NCBI GenBank assembly: GCA_963789395.1
Contig: CAWBKP010000022.1
Span: 64,001 to 128,000, forward strand
Origin: an uncultured delta proteobacterium
GTDB lineage: Bacteria; Desulfobacterota; Desulfobacteria; Desulfobacterales; Desulfatirhabdiaceae
Length of the DNA: 64,000 nucleotides
Direction: 5' to 3'
The stretch's first letter is position 1. Every line of letters begins with the position of its first letter. The notes under the pieces are model-generated. The model saw only the letters and a list, made by a program, of their open reading frames with translations. It searched no databases and was not told the DNA's origin. A program made the translations under genes and the position numbers. Of this stretch, positions 10,412 through 19,825 are shown piece after piece.

Positions 10412-10996
10412 TTGCGGCATGGGATGAATTATTGTATTAGAAATGGCTGCGTTACGTGCTTGCTGGTTTTTCTTTTTGCGATAACGGCTTTCGGCCAGGA
10501 AGCCGGCGGCGAAAAGGTGATTGCAGAAGGCGATGGCTTCAGTCTGACACGAAAACAATTCGAAGAATATCGATCTGCTATCGCGCCGAAAACAGGGCAG
10601 GCAGACAATAAAAACTTGCTTGATGCTATTATAAAATACGAGCTGTTCAGCAGGGAATATGCAGAAAATCATAAAGAGCTGGGCGGCGTGCCGTATTCGC
10701 AAGGATCCGCCACGATTGCAATGAAGGTTCAGGCGGCATCAATATATACCCAGCAGATATTGCATGATTATATACTGCCGGAGCAAGTAATCGAGTCATA
10801 CTACCTCTCCTATCCGGAAAGATTCAAGGCCGGAAATTCGTCCGGCGGTGGCAAGTCGGTGTTGCCTCTGGATGACAAACTTAAAAAAGAAATAATATTT
10901 TTCGATTGTCGAGAAGAAAAAAAAGCGATTATCGAAGATACGGTTCAAAATCTGATGGCTAAATATCACATCAGAATCATAACCGAATATTTTTAA
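10412..10996 (+). CDS. Exported SurA/PrsA-like chaperone lacking a parvulin PPIase domain
   Basis: Signal peptide (AFG|QE); VIAEGDGFSLTRKQFE, LLDAIIKYELF, IESYYLSYPERF, PLDDKLKKEI...LMAKYHIRI resemble foldase N- and C-domains. The start codon is uncertain. Confidence 0.5.
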   Translation: MRHGMNYCIRNGCVTCLLVFLFAITAFGQEAGGEKVIAEGDGFSLTRKQFEEYRSAIAPKTGQADNKNLLDAIIKYELFSREYAENHKELGGVPYSQGSATIAMKVQAASIYTQQILHDYILPEQVIESYYLSYPERFKAGNSSGGGKSVLPLDDKLKKEIIFFDCREEKKAIIEDTVQNLMAKYHIRIITEYF

Positions 10997-11014
10997 TGTG
11001 TGTTTAAGGATATC

Positions 11015-11492
11015 ATGTTTTTCTTGAAATCTGATTATAAATCTGTTATAGCCATCACAATTGCAATAATGATTTTGTACGGATGTGCGGCATCCATGAA
11101 TAAACACGTGCCGATTGTGTATCCTCAAAACACTGAATTCGGCGGGTGGCCGGATAAAAATTTAGAGAAACGTTTTCAGGAATACTGGTTCAATCGGTTT
11201 GCAGGGCGCGTAGAGGATAACTACCGCATCGAAACCCCTTATTTCCGGGAAGTGATCGGTTTCGAAAGATACAATAATTATGTCAAGGCATGCTGTCATA
11301 AACAAGCTGGTGAATGTGGAAATCCAGAAAATAACCAAAGAAACGGATTTCCTGATCGGCATCGCCTGCGTGATGCGGACACAGCCTGCGAGCGGCGGAA
11401 AACCGTTTGATACGCGGATCATCGACAAATGGGTGTTTATTGACAAAAATTGGTATCATGTCTTAAAAGATGAAATATTGTTGTCGTTGTAA
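11015..11492 (+). CDS. Hypothetical lipoprotein (frameshift ~11290)
   Basis: Lipobox ILYG|C; continues in ORF 11280..11492 (DKWVFIDKNWYHV). Confidence 0.65.
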
Positions 11493-11543
11493 TTCAGAAG
11501 AAGTTATTAGCCATGAATAAAATATCATGTAACTGAAATGAAG

Positions 11544-11555
11544 GAAAGGAGGTGA
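11544..11555 (+). promoter_or_regulatory. Orphan perfect Shine-Dalgarno-like element GAAAGGAGGTGA in the leader of the surface-protein gene
   Basis: About 80 nt upstream of the ATG, with no appropriately spaced start codon; the real RBS (AAAGGAGG) is at ~11623-11630. Confidence 0.55.
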
Positions 11556-11635
11556 AGAACAGAAAAGGCTGTCCTTGATACTGAATGTAAAAAATATGGT
11601 TTTGGTTTAGGTCATAAACATTAAAGGAGGAAAAA

Positions 11636-12967
11636 ATGAAAAGATTTTTAAAGTACGCTGCCCTTATCGTAGCAGTATTAATGGTTAGCGGTTCCGCATG
11701 GTCGTACGATGCTTACAACCACATTGCACAGTCTCCGAACAACAAGGGCGATGCGATGATATTCCCTTGGTTTCTTGCCGCTGACGGGGGCTTCTGGAGC
11801 ACTGTAACCATAATCAATACAGACCAGACGAACTCCGTTGTTGCCAAAGTGGTGGCCAGAAGTTATAAAAACAGCGAAGAATTGCTGGATTTCCTGATTT
11901 ATCTTTCCCCGGGGGATGTGTGGAAGGGAATCATTTACTCCGTGGGCGGGATAACCGGTTTCTACAGCGATGATGACAGTATCGTCACCGACGCTAACGG
12001 GACATTCGCCACTCCGGAAGCACCTTTCAATTTCCCGATGTTTCCGGTCCTGTGCGTCACAGACGCGACATCCATCGGATATCTTGAGGTGATCGAGGCG
12101 GCAATCGGCCCGGTTACAAGCGCTACCCACAGTGCTTCGCCCGGTCTTGCAAAAAGTGCTATCTATGCCAAGTACAATCCTGAAATTGCCGCTCCGCTTT
12201 ACACGCCTAACGTATTCTTCACCAATGGCTATAATCCGAATGTGCTGGCAGGATTCATTGAGTTTGGCAGTCCCCTCAATGGCTTAACGACCGCGTACAG
12301 CGCAACGACGTTTGTCCAATATCTGAATTATTACAGACTGAAGCCCAATGTCGAAACCGTTTTTGGCGAAAATTGCAACAACACGCTGGCTGAAATCGAA
12401 GCTGCCCTTGCAAAAAATGATATCGCCATGCCTTATGTCAGTGGTGTTGATAATGCGATTCATTTGATTACTTTTCCAACCAAGAGAAGCATTCCAAAAT
12501 CCAGAGCTCATTGCGCGATCGACGGTGTCGCAAGCCCGTTTTTTTATGCAGAATGCAGATTCCGACATAAAGATTATTGCCTGATGTTTCAAACGACAAA
12601 CTTCGACCTGAAGGAAAACTATAATTCCACGCCTGTCTCCGGTGATGATCGCACGGATTGGCTCTGCAACGAAGTGAACTTCTTGGCGCCAAACGAATTT
12701 CCTGAAGGCTGGTCAAATTATCTGTTTACATACATGGATGGAGATGTGTATAGCTTGTATACATATGATTACAACCTCTACGGTGATGAGCTTTACTATG
12801 AAGGCGCACCGGCGATTGTAACCTGGCTGTACAATGGACCAAGCGGACTTTCAAGCGGCTATGGCGCATGGAGTGATGGGGCTGTTTACGACTATTACTT
12901 TGGTGATTATATACCTTTTTATCAGTACAGCCCGACCTGTATTAAAAAAGGTAAAACATGTTACTGA
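11636..12967 (+). CDS. Exported cell-surface protein, candidate S-layer protein (443 aa)
   Basis: Sec signal MKRF...AWS|Y; strong RBS; GDAMIFPWF...TIINT...KVVAR..KNSEELLDFLIYLSPGDVW resembles, from memory, the N-terminal motif of proteobacterial cell-surface/S-layer-type proteins; rich in Asn, Thr, Tyr and Asp; no TM anchor; own terminator. Confidence 0.65.
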   Translation: MKRFLKYAALIVAVLMVSGSAWSYDAYNHIAQSPNNKGDAMIFPWFLAADGGFWSTVTIINTDQTNSVVAKVVARSYKNSEELLDFLIYLSPGDVWKGIIYSVGGITGFYSDDDSIVTDANGTFATPEAPFNFPMFPVLCVTDATSIGYLEVIEAAIGPVTSATHSASPGLAKSAIYAKYNPEIAAPLYTPNVFFTNGYNPNVLAGFIEFGSPLNGLTTAYSATTFVQYLNYYRLKPNVETVFGENCNNTLAEIEAALAKNDIAMPYVSGVDNAIHLITFPTKRSIPKSRAHCAIDGVASPFFYAECRFRHKDYCLMFQTTNFDLKENYNSTPVSGDDRTDWLCNEVNFLAPNEFPEGWSNYLFTYMDGDVYSLYTYDYNLYGDELYYEGAPAIVTWLYNGPSGLSSGYGAWSDGAVYDYYFGDYIPFYQYSPTCIKKGKTCY

Positions 12968-13018
12968 CGTAAAAAGATGTTAATACGTCGTTGAAACAAC
13001 AGGTTGTTTAGATTATAG

Positions 13019-13064
13019 AAGGCGTGAGCCATTTTTATTAAAATGACTCGCGCCTTTTATTTTT
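13019..13064 (+). terminator. Rho-independent terminator
   Basis: AAGGCGTGAGCCATTTT-TATT-AAAATGACTCGCGCCTT hairpin running into a T-rich tail. Confidence 0.85.
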
Positions 13065-13119
13065 ACAAATGTCGTTGAGCTTGTAACCGGACGCGAATTG
13101 ACCGGAGGGAACGGTTCAG

Positions 13120-13921
13120 GTGCACCTGTTTACCAAGTGGATCAAGACCCCATTTTTACACAAAAACCTTGTTCTGGGGATTTGTAAACCAGGAAATCAA
13201 ATCCAGATATGCCGGATCCATGGGCGGCCTCCTGTGGAGCGTCATTACCCCGCTGGCGAATATGCTGATTTACATTTTTGTCTTCTCGGTCGTTTTCAAA
13301 ATCCGGATGAAACCAATCGAAACCGGAACGGACAGTTTCGTGATGTATCTGCTGGCCGGCCTCCTGCCATGGATTGCATTCAGCGAGGCGGTTTCCGCAA
13401 GCACGGGGATGTTTGTGTCAAAGGCCAATCTGATAACAAAAGTGGCGTTTCCGCTGGAGCTGGTCCCGACCGCGGGCATACTGGTCACCTTTATTCTGAA
13501 CGGCCTGGGATTTGCGCTTTTTCTCATTTATCTGGCTTTTGAAGGCTATTGCCATATCACCTGGCTGTTTCTGCCGGTCATCACCGCGGTCTTCATGGTA
13601 TTCACCCTCGGCCTTGTCGTGCTGATCGCCAGCATCAGCGTCTTTGTCAGGGATATTCAGCAGATCATGGCCAGCTTCCTGTCCTTATGGCTCTACCTGA
13701 CCCCGATTCTTTACCCGATTCAGATGGTCCCGGAGTCCTTGCGGATTTTCTTTCAAATCAATCCCGTCTTCCCCTTTATCGAACTCTATCATCAGAGCCT
13801 GCTGCAGCCAGCCGTGTCGGTCCCCCTGCTGGGGCAGGCCATCGGGTTTGCCATGCTGTCATTTTTTACCGGCGCGTGGTTTTACAATAAATCCAGACAT
13901 GCGTTTGCGGACGTGTTATGA
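13120..13921 (+). CDS. wzm: ABC-2 polysaccharide export permease Wzm (frameshift ~13168)
   Basis: GGAGG RBS then GTG 13120; [50 protein letters not shown]. Confidence 0.92.
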
Positions 13922-15091
13922 ACCTGATCTGCGCCGAGGGCCTGTCAAAATACTACCGGATTTACATCAAACCGTTTGACCGGCTGAAGGAAGCATTGTT
14001 GAGGCGTCCCTGCCACAGTCTGGTAACCTCCCTGAAGGATGTCTCCTTCAGTGTGAAGCGCGGTGAAACACTGGGCATTATCGGTGAAAACGGGGCCGGA
14101 AAGTCGACCCTGCTGAAGATTCTGGCCGGAACCACTCAGCCCAGCTCCGGCACGTTGACGCGCTCGGGACGGGTGGCAGCGCTGCTGGAACTGGGCTCCG
14201 GATTTCACCCCGAGTTTTCGGGACGGACGAACATTCATTTGAATGCGGCGCTTATGGGGCTTACGGAGAAGGAGATCCGGGACAGGGAGGAATCCATTAT
14301 CGCATTTTCCGAACTGGCAGGCGGTGATTGACCGGCCGGTAAAGACGTATTCATCCGGCATGTATGTGAGACTGGCCTTTTCAATCGCCACCAGCGTGGA
14401 TCCGGATGTGCTGATCGTGGACGAAGCGCTGAGTGTCGGGGACCAGCACTTTGCCCGGAAATGCGTGGACAGGATGGTGGGGTTTCGAACCGCCGGCAAA
14501 ACCATTATCGTCTGCAGCCACAGCATGTTCATGATTAATGAGCTGTGTGAAAAAACCCTGTGGCTGAATCAGGGAGAAATCAGCGGCAGCGGCAAAACAT
14601 CTACGGTCGTCTCCGAATATCTGGGGTATCTGGAGGCGCGCGAAGCGCCGAAACTGAATCAGCCGGCTGCTGCCGGAGGCCTGATACCCGAGGTGCTCAT
14701 TAACGATGTTCGATTTCTTGACGCTGCGCACCATGAGATGACGTATGCCAGAATGTGCCAGCCGATGACGATTTCATTCAGCACCCGGTGCACGGCCGCG
14801 GATTTTATCGGCCACCTGGCCATCGGTATTGAAAGAGCGGACGGGCAGATGCTGTTTGTCACCACCACCAAAAGCCAGGGGGTGCCGCCCATTCGATTTT
14901 CCGGTGAAAAGCAGTTTGAACTGTACATTCCGTCCTTTCCTTTTTTGAAAGGCTCCTGTCGGGCCAAAGCCGGGGTTACCGATGAAAATGTGCTTCGGGT
15001 GATCGATGAACGTTACAGTGAACCGCTCCTGATCGAGAGCGAACATCCCGAATTCGGCATGATATGGATGGCTCACGAGTGGAAGTGCTGA
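13918..15091 (+). CDS. wzt: ABC polysaccharide export ATPase Wzt with C-terminal carbohydrate-binding-like domain (frameshift ~14320)
   Basis: Walker [10 protein letters not shown], signature YSSGM, Walker B LIVDE, H-loop CSH; ~150-aa C-terminal extension. Confidence 0.93.
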
Positions 15092-15996
15092 TACTGATCG
15101 TCTGTTACAATGGCGCCGGTACGGTTTTAAGAACGGTTCAAAGCGCGCTGGCCGCCGCAGCGGATTATTGCCGCGTGCTTGCCGTGGATAACGGTTCAAC
15201 GGATCAAACGCTGCCGCTGTTAAGATCCGTCCGGGACAGCCGGTTTCAGACGATGTCGATGGGCTATAATTCAGGCCTGGGTGCCGCCTTCAATGCCGGC
15301 TTGCGTGCTGCCCGCAACACGGGGGCAACATGGCTGTATATTCTGGATCAGGACAGCGTGCTTGCCGCGGGCTGTCTGGAGAAACTATTTCAGACAGCCA
15401 GGGACCTGCTGAAACAGTCCCCGACCGTTTCTGCAATTTCGCCCACGGTTCGCTGCAGGGCTTTTCCGGAAATTATCCACTATCCCCTGAAATGGAATGG
15501 CAAACAGCTGCTGCCGGAATTTCACGGGACCGAAAGCATGGGGAGCAAAGCCGTTCAGGTGGATTCTCCCATCAGCTCGGGCACCCTGTACCGGGTGGCG
15601 GCACTTGAGGCGATCGGCGGATTTAACGAATCCTATTTTATCGATTTTGTGGATCATGACTGCCATCTTCGTTTGAAACAGGCCGGCTATACCCTGTGGT
15701 GGGAAAAAAGGGCGGAGATGTTTCATCAGCTCGGCGCCATTCAGCGGATGACGGACAGCGGGCTGTGGATCGAGCATGAACCCTTCCGGTACTATTATAT
15801 GGCCCGCAATATGACCGAAGGCCATCGCAGAATCGGCGGCTGGACGTCCATGCTGATGTTCTGGCGGGAGCTGTACCGGCATATGGGCCGGCTCCATGCT
15901 TATGGCCGGTATCCGTATGCCGCAATTTATTATATTTTAAAAGGATGTTTTGATGCAGTTATCGGAAAAAGCGGCCGACTGGCTTCAGACCCTTGA
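15064..15996 (+). CDS. GT2 glycosyltransferase (rhamnosyltransferase-like)
   Basis: IVCYN, VDNGSTD, N.GLGAAFNAG, LDQDS, ISSG, FIDFVDHD, RYYYMARN. Confidence 0.88.
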   Translation: MDGSRVEVLILIVCYNGAGTVLRTVQSALAAAADYCRVLAVDNGSTDQTLPLLRSVRDSRFQTMSMGYNSGLGAAFNAGLRAARNTGATWLYILDQDSVLAAGCLEKLFQTARDLLKQSPTVSAISPTVRCRAFPEIIHYPLKWNGKQLLPEFHGTESMGSKAVQVDSPISSGTLYRVAALEAIGGFNESYFIDFVDHDCHLRLKQAGYTLWWEKRAEMFHQLGAIQRMTDSGLWIEHEPFRYYYMARNMTEGHRRIGGWTSMLMFWRELYRHMGRLHAYGRYPYAAIYYILKGCFDAVIGKSGRLASDP

Positions 15997-16891
15997 TTTC
16001 GGGTATGTGCTTCCCCTTATGGCCAGACTGCCGCTGCCCGTCGGTCAGGCGCTTTCCACAGCCAGAGGATTGCTGAATGCGGCAACGGACTATGAATGGC
16101 GGTCTCTGGCGATTCACTGCAATTATATCCGGGAAAGAACGTATCAGGCCATGAAAATGATGCGGCCCGATGCCGGGGAAAACTACTGGAAGCAGGCGGC
16201 CATCCGGCGATTCATCCATAACTCCCGGGACGAATGGCAGGCCTGCCTGTATGACCTTCCGGTCATGGAGAAAATCTGCCGGCAGAGTTCCGTTGAAGGC
16301 ATCGATGCGCTGCTGGAGCAGCAGGCAAAAGGGCGGGGGATAGCCATGGTGTCCTGCCATTTTGACGGTTTTATGGGAATGGCGCTGCTGGGTATGAAGG
16401 GGCTTTGCGTCAATGCGCTCACAACGGCTGCCGGGAATGAAGATCCCCGCATACACCCTGCGGTCCGGCGTTATCTGAATAAGAAATACCGGAGACTGGA
16501 AAGTCGGATGAATGGTCAAATCGTTTATAAAGAAGACAATATGCCGTTTTTCCAAAAAGCGCTGGCGCGCGGAGAAACCGTTGTGTTGTTCGGAGATGTT
16601 CCCGGATCCAAATCCAGCGTGTTTATTCCGTTTTTAAACGCCAGGTTCAAAGCGCCGCTCGGGGCCTGGCATCTGGCCGCTAAAACCCATAGCCTTATCA
16701 GCGCAACTGTCTGCATTCATGAAGGTGTCGGACGATATCGGGTGATCTGCCTGCCGCCGGCTGAAATCGACCCGAATAGCCCCCTGCATACCCTCCGGCC
16801 CATATACGCCTTTCTGGAAAAACATATCCGGCGGCTGCCGGAAAGATGGGTTGCCGCAGATCTGTTGCCCACGTATTCCGGAATGCAATGA
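15950..16891 (+). CDS. LpxL/HtrB-family (LPLAT) acyltransferase
   Basis: VEGIDALL...KGRGIAMVSCHF, ALARGETVVLFGD, VFIPFL, GAWHLA, LEKHIRRLPERW. Confidence 0.75.
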   Translation: MMQLSEKAADWLQTLDFGYVLPLMARLPLPVGQALSTARGLLNAATDYEWRSLAIHCNYIRERTYQAMKMMRPDAGENYWKQAAIRRFIHNSRDEWQACLYDLPVMEKICRQSSVEGIDALLEQQAKGRGIAMVSCHFDGFMGMALLGMKGLCVNALTTAAGNEDPRIHPAVRRYLNKKYRRLESRMNGQIVYKEDNMPFFQKALARGETVVLFGDVPGSKSSVFIPFLNARFKAPLGAWHLAAKTHSLISATVCIHEGVGRYRVICLPPAEIDPNSPLHTLRPIYAFLEKHIRRLPERWVAADLLPTYSGMQ

Positions 16892-18090
16892 TCCCTTTCT
16901 TTCAAATCGACTCCGATTGTTTTGCAAACCAGACAACGCCTGAAAAGCGGCTGGCCAGGGAAATGGGAAAACCGCCCTGGCCGGTGCAGAAGGCAGATGG
17001 TCTGGTGGCTGCCGGCACATGGGCGCAATCCCTGGATTCGGCATATGTCGGAATGATCTTTGATCCGGAATTCTGGTATGACAGCGTCTGCTGGAATCAC
17101 TGGATAGATCAGGTTCAGGCGCAGCCGCCGGATGCCGGGGTGGACGTTCCGCTGGGCAACCAGAATCCGTCGTGGCGAAACGGGCTGAGTGTGCCGCTGT
17201 ATGCGACGCTGAGGCAGCTTGAAAACGCAGCCGCATTTGAAGCGCCGGACTTGTGGCGATCCGCGATCGCAGACCATTCAAATGATTTCGCCGTCTGTGT
17301 CGCCCCTGTCGCCATGCTGCGCAGTTTGCCGGAAACCCTGCTTCTGAAAGATCTTCCGGAATACTGGGTCAATACCCGCCGGCATCTGCGGATATTCTGC
17401 AAAGGATGGCTCCATGCCTTTAACGCCATTCCGGATTCAGGACGGCGGGAAGACCTGGCGGCCATGTGCGACTGGCAGGGAAATGTCCTGGAGCTGGGCT
17501 GCGATCAGGGACTGATGGCCGCAAACATCAGGGACAAGGGGCTGGACGTATCGTGGGTGGGCCTGGACATCAACAGATCCGCTCTGGAGACGGCCCGGGC
17601 CCATGTCCGGATGGCTGTTCAGGCGGACCTGACCCGGACACTTCCTTTTGGCACAGGGGAAAAATTCGATCGCATTGTCTGTGGAGACGTTCTGGAGCAT
17701 CTGGCATATCCCTGTGATCTTCTGGCCCAGCTTCGGGCCTTGATATCGCCGGAAGGGATCCTGGTGGCGTCGTTTCCGAATATCGGGCACTGGTCCGTGA
17801 TCGAAGATCTTCTGGCCGGCAGATGGGATGAAACGCCATCTGGAATTTTTTGTCTTACCCATCTTCGCTTTGGCACGCGAAACACCTGGAACCGGTGGTT
17901 TAAACAAGCCGGCTGGCAGATACATACCTGGGAGTCGGAAACCTTGCCCACCCCTCCGAACTGGACGGAAATGCTGAAAGTTCCGCCGGTTGAATTCGAT
18001 GTGCAAAGTCTTGAAACCCTTCGCTATCGCGTGGCCGCGGTTCCCGACAATAGAAGCCTCGCCAAAAAACAGGTGGCTTCGTTAAAATGA
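16888..18090 (+). CDS. Class I SAM-dependent methyltransferase with N-terminal extension
   Basis: VLELGCDQG, FDRIVCGDVLEHL, SFPNIGHWS, THLRF. Confidence 0.85.
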   Translation: MIPFFQIDSDCFANQTTPEKRLAREMGKPPWPVQKADGLVAAGTWAQSLDSAYVGMIFDPEFWYDSVCWNHWIDQVQAQPPDAGVDVPLGNQNPSWRNGLSVPLYATLRQLENAAAFEAPDLWRSAIADHSNDFAVCVAPVAMLRSLPETLLLKDLPEYWVNTRRHLRIFCKGWLHAFNAIPDSGRREDLAAMCDWQGNVLELGCDQGLMAANIRDKGLDVSWVGLDINRSALETARAHVRMAVQADLTRTLPFGTGEKFDRIVCGDVLEHLAYPCDLLAQLRALISPEGILVASFPNIGHWSVIEDLLAGRWDETPSGIFCLTHLRFGTRNTWNRWFKQAGWQIHTWESETLPTPPNWTEMLKVPPVEFDVQSLETLRYRVAAVPDNRSLAKKQVASLK

Positions 18091-18836
18091 CTGGTGTAGA
18101 AAAACCGGCTGCAGCCTGGCTCAACATGCTGAAGACGCAGCTTGCAGCCTGGAATGCCAAACCTGCGTTACGATTTGTCTATACGGAGTGGTTCAAGGAA
18201 ATCGCCGCTTATCTCTGCCCGGGCGTTTCGGTTGAAATCGGCTGCGGCATCGGACGGATGAAAACCGTTATTCCGGAGCTGTATTCGATGGACCTTGTCA
18301 AGACACCCTGGACGGACATCGTTGGGGATGCACACCAGCTTGCGGTCAAGAACAACAGCATATCCAATCTGATTCTATTTGATGTGCTGCATCATCTTCC
18401 CTTCCCCTTGACATTTTTATCAGAAGCCTTTCGTGCGCTGCGCTCAGGCGGCAGACTGATCATCGTCGACCCTTATATATCGCCTTTTTCAGGGTTGATG
18501 TACGGATTGTTTCATCCCGAGCCCTTCAGCTTGAAGCATAATCCTTTCAAATCGACCTCCGCCCTTTGCTCAATCGACCCGCTGGGCTCCAATCAGGCAA
18601 TCGCCACCCTGTTGTTTTACAGACACAGGAAGGCGTTCCGAAAACAATTCAACGATTTTCTGCCGATCATGCAAAAGCGATTTGCTTTTTTCGCCTATCC
18701 TGCAACAGGCGGGTTTGGCTCCACCGGCTTGATTCCGGATAAATGCATCTGTGCACTGCATCAGATTGAGTCGATATTGAAGCCATTATCGGCCATGCTT
18801 GCATTCCGGTTGATGGTTGTACTGGAGAAACGTTAA
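18087..18836 (+). CDS. Methyltransferase type 11
   Basis: VEIGCGIG, GDAHQL, FDVLHH, LRSGGRL. Confidence 0.85.
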   Translation: MTGVEKPAAAWLNMLKTQLAAWNAKPALRFVYTEWFKEIAAYLCPGVSVEIGCGIGRMKTVIPELYSMDLVKTPWTDIVGDAHQLAVKNNSISNLILFDVLHHLPFPLTFLSEAFRALRSGGRLIIVDPYISPFSGLMYGLFHPEPFSLKHNPFKSTSALCSIDPLGSNQAIATLLFYRHRKAFRKQFNDFLPIMQKRFAFFAYPATGGFGSTGLIPDKCICALHQIESILKPLSAMLAFRLMVVLEKR

Positions 18837-18898
18837 TATGCGCCGATTTGAGCTGACCCGTCAGCAAGCATGCACAACCTGGAAATCCTATCCGCAGC

Positions 18899-19771
18899 AT
18901 GACATTCAACATGCTTAAAACATCCGATAAAATATTCTTTGCCAGACTGTTGTCTGCCGGCGTCAAGGCGATTCGAACCTTACTCGGCAAAACCGATCCG
19001 GCAACGGTGAAACGCGGTGGCATCCGGTGGAGCCTTGACTTGAATGAGGGAATCGATTTGTCGATATACCTGATGGGTGGTTTTGAACCCAGAACCCTCA
19101 GGCTGTACCGGAAAATAATCAAACCCGGCCAGACGGTGCTGGATATCGGCGCCAATGTCGGCTCCCATACCTTGCCGCTTGCCAGGCTTGTGGGAAACAG
19201 CGGAAGGGTTGCGGCCTTCGAGCCGACAGCCTTTGCCTACGGCAAGCTTATCGCCAATATCGATTTAAACCCTGAGCTGGCACAGATCATTATACCAAGC
19301 CAGGCGATGCTGGTCGCGGGCAGCCAGGCCGGACTGGAGCCTGCATTGTTTTCGAGCTGGCCGCTTGATAACAGCAGCGATCTGCATGCTGAACACAAGG
19401 GGCGATTGATGGAAACTACCGGGGCATCGGCTATGACGCTTGACGATGCGGTCGAGCGCCTGGGGCTTTCCAGAATCGATTTTCTCAAGATCGATGTGGA
19501 TGGGTATGAATATGAAGTGCTGAAAGGGGGATTGCAAACTTTGAAAATTCACAGGCCGTCCATCATGATGGAATTTGCACCCTACTTGTTCAAGTTAGAG
19601 GAGTTTTGCGACATGGTGGATATATTGACGGGACTCGGGTATCGATTCCAGGACGCCAATTCATTGCGGCGGCTGCCCGGGAATGCATACGCCCTTCACG
19701 CGTTGATTCCCGGCGGATCATCCAGGAATATTTATTGTTCGTGCAATGGCGGCGATGTGGTGCCAGAGTGA
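18899..19771 (+). CDS. FkbM-family methyltransferase
   Basis: VLDIGANVGSHT, AFEP, TLDD, IDFLKIDVDGYEYEVLKG. Confidence 0.92.
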   Translation: MTFNMLKTSDKIFFARLLSAGVKAIRTLLGKTDPATVKRGGIRWSLDLNEGIDLSIYLMGGFEPRTLRLYRKIIKPGQTVLDIGANVGSHTLPLARLVGNSGRVAAFEPTAFAYGKLIANIDLNPELAQIIIPSQAMLVAGSQAGLEPALFSSWPLDNSSDLHAEHKGRLMETTGASAMTLDDAVERLGLSRIDFLKIDVDGYEYEVLKGGLQTLKIHRPSIMMEFAPYLFKLEEFCDMVDILTGLGYRFQDANSLRRLPGNAYALHALIPGGSSRNIYCSCNGGDVVPE

Positions 19772-19825
19772 GATCTGCCGGTAATAAATGATTGTGAGAA
19801 AGATGCCGCGTCACCGGATAAGTTC

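Noticed and set aside
11636..12967. PEP-CTERM/exosortase substrate or porin
   Set aside because: No PEP motif or C-terminal TM helix, no exosortase in the window and no obvious barrel pattern.
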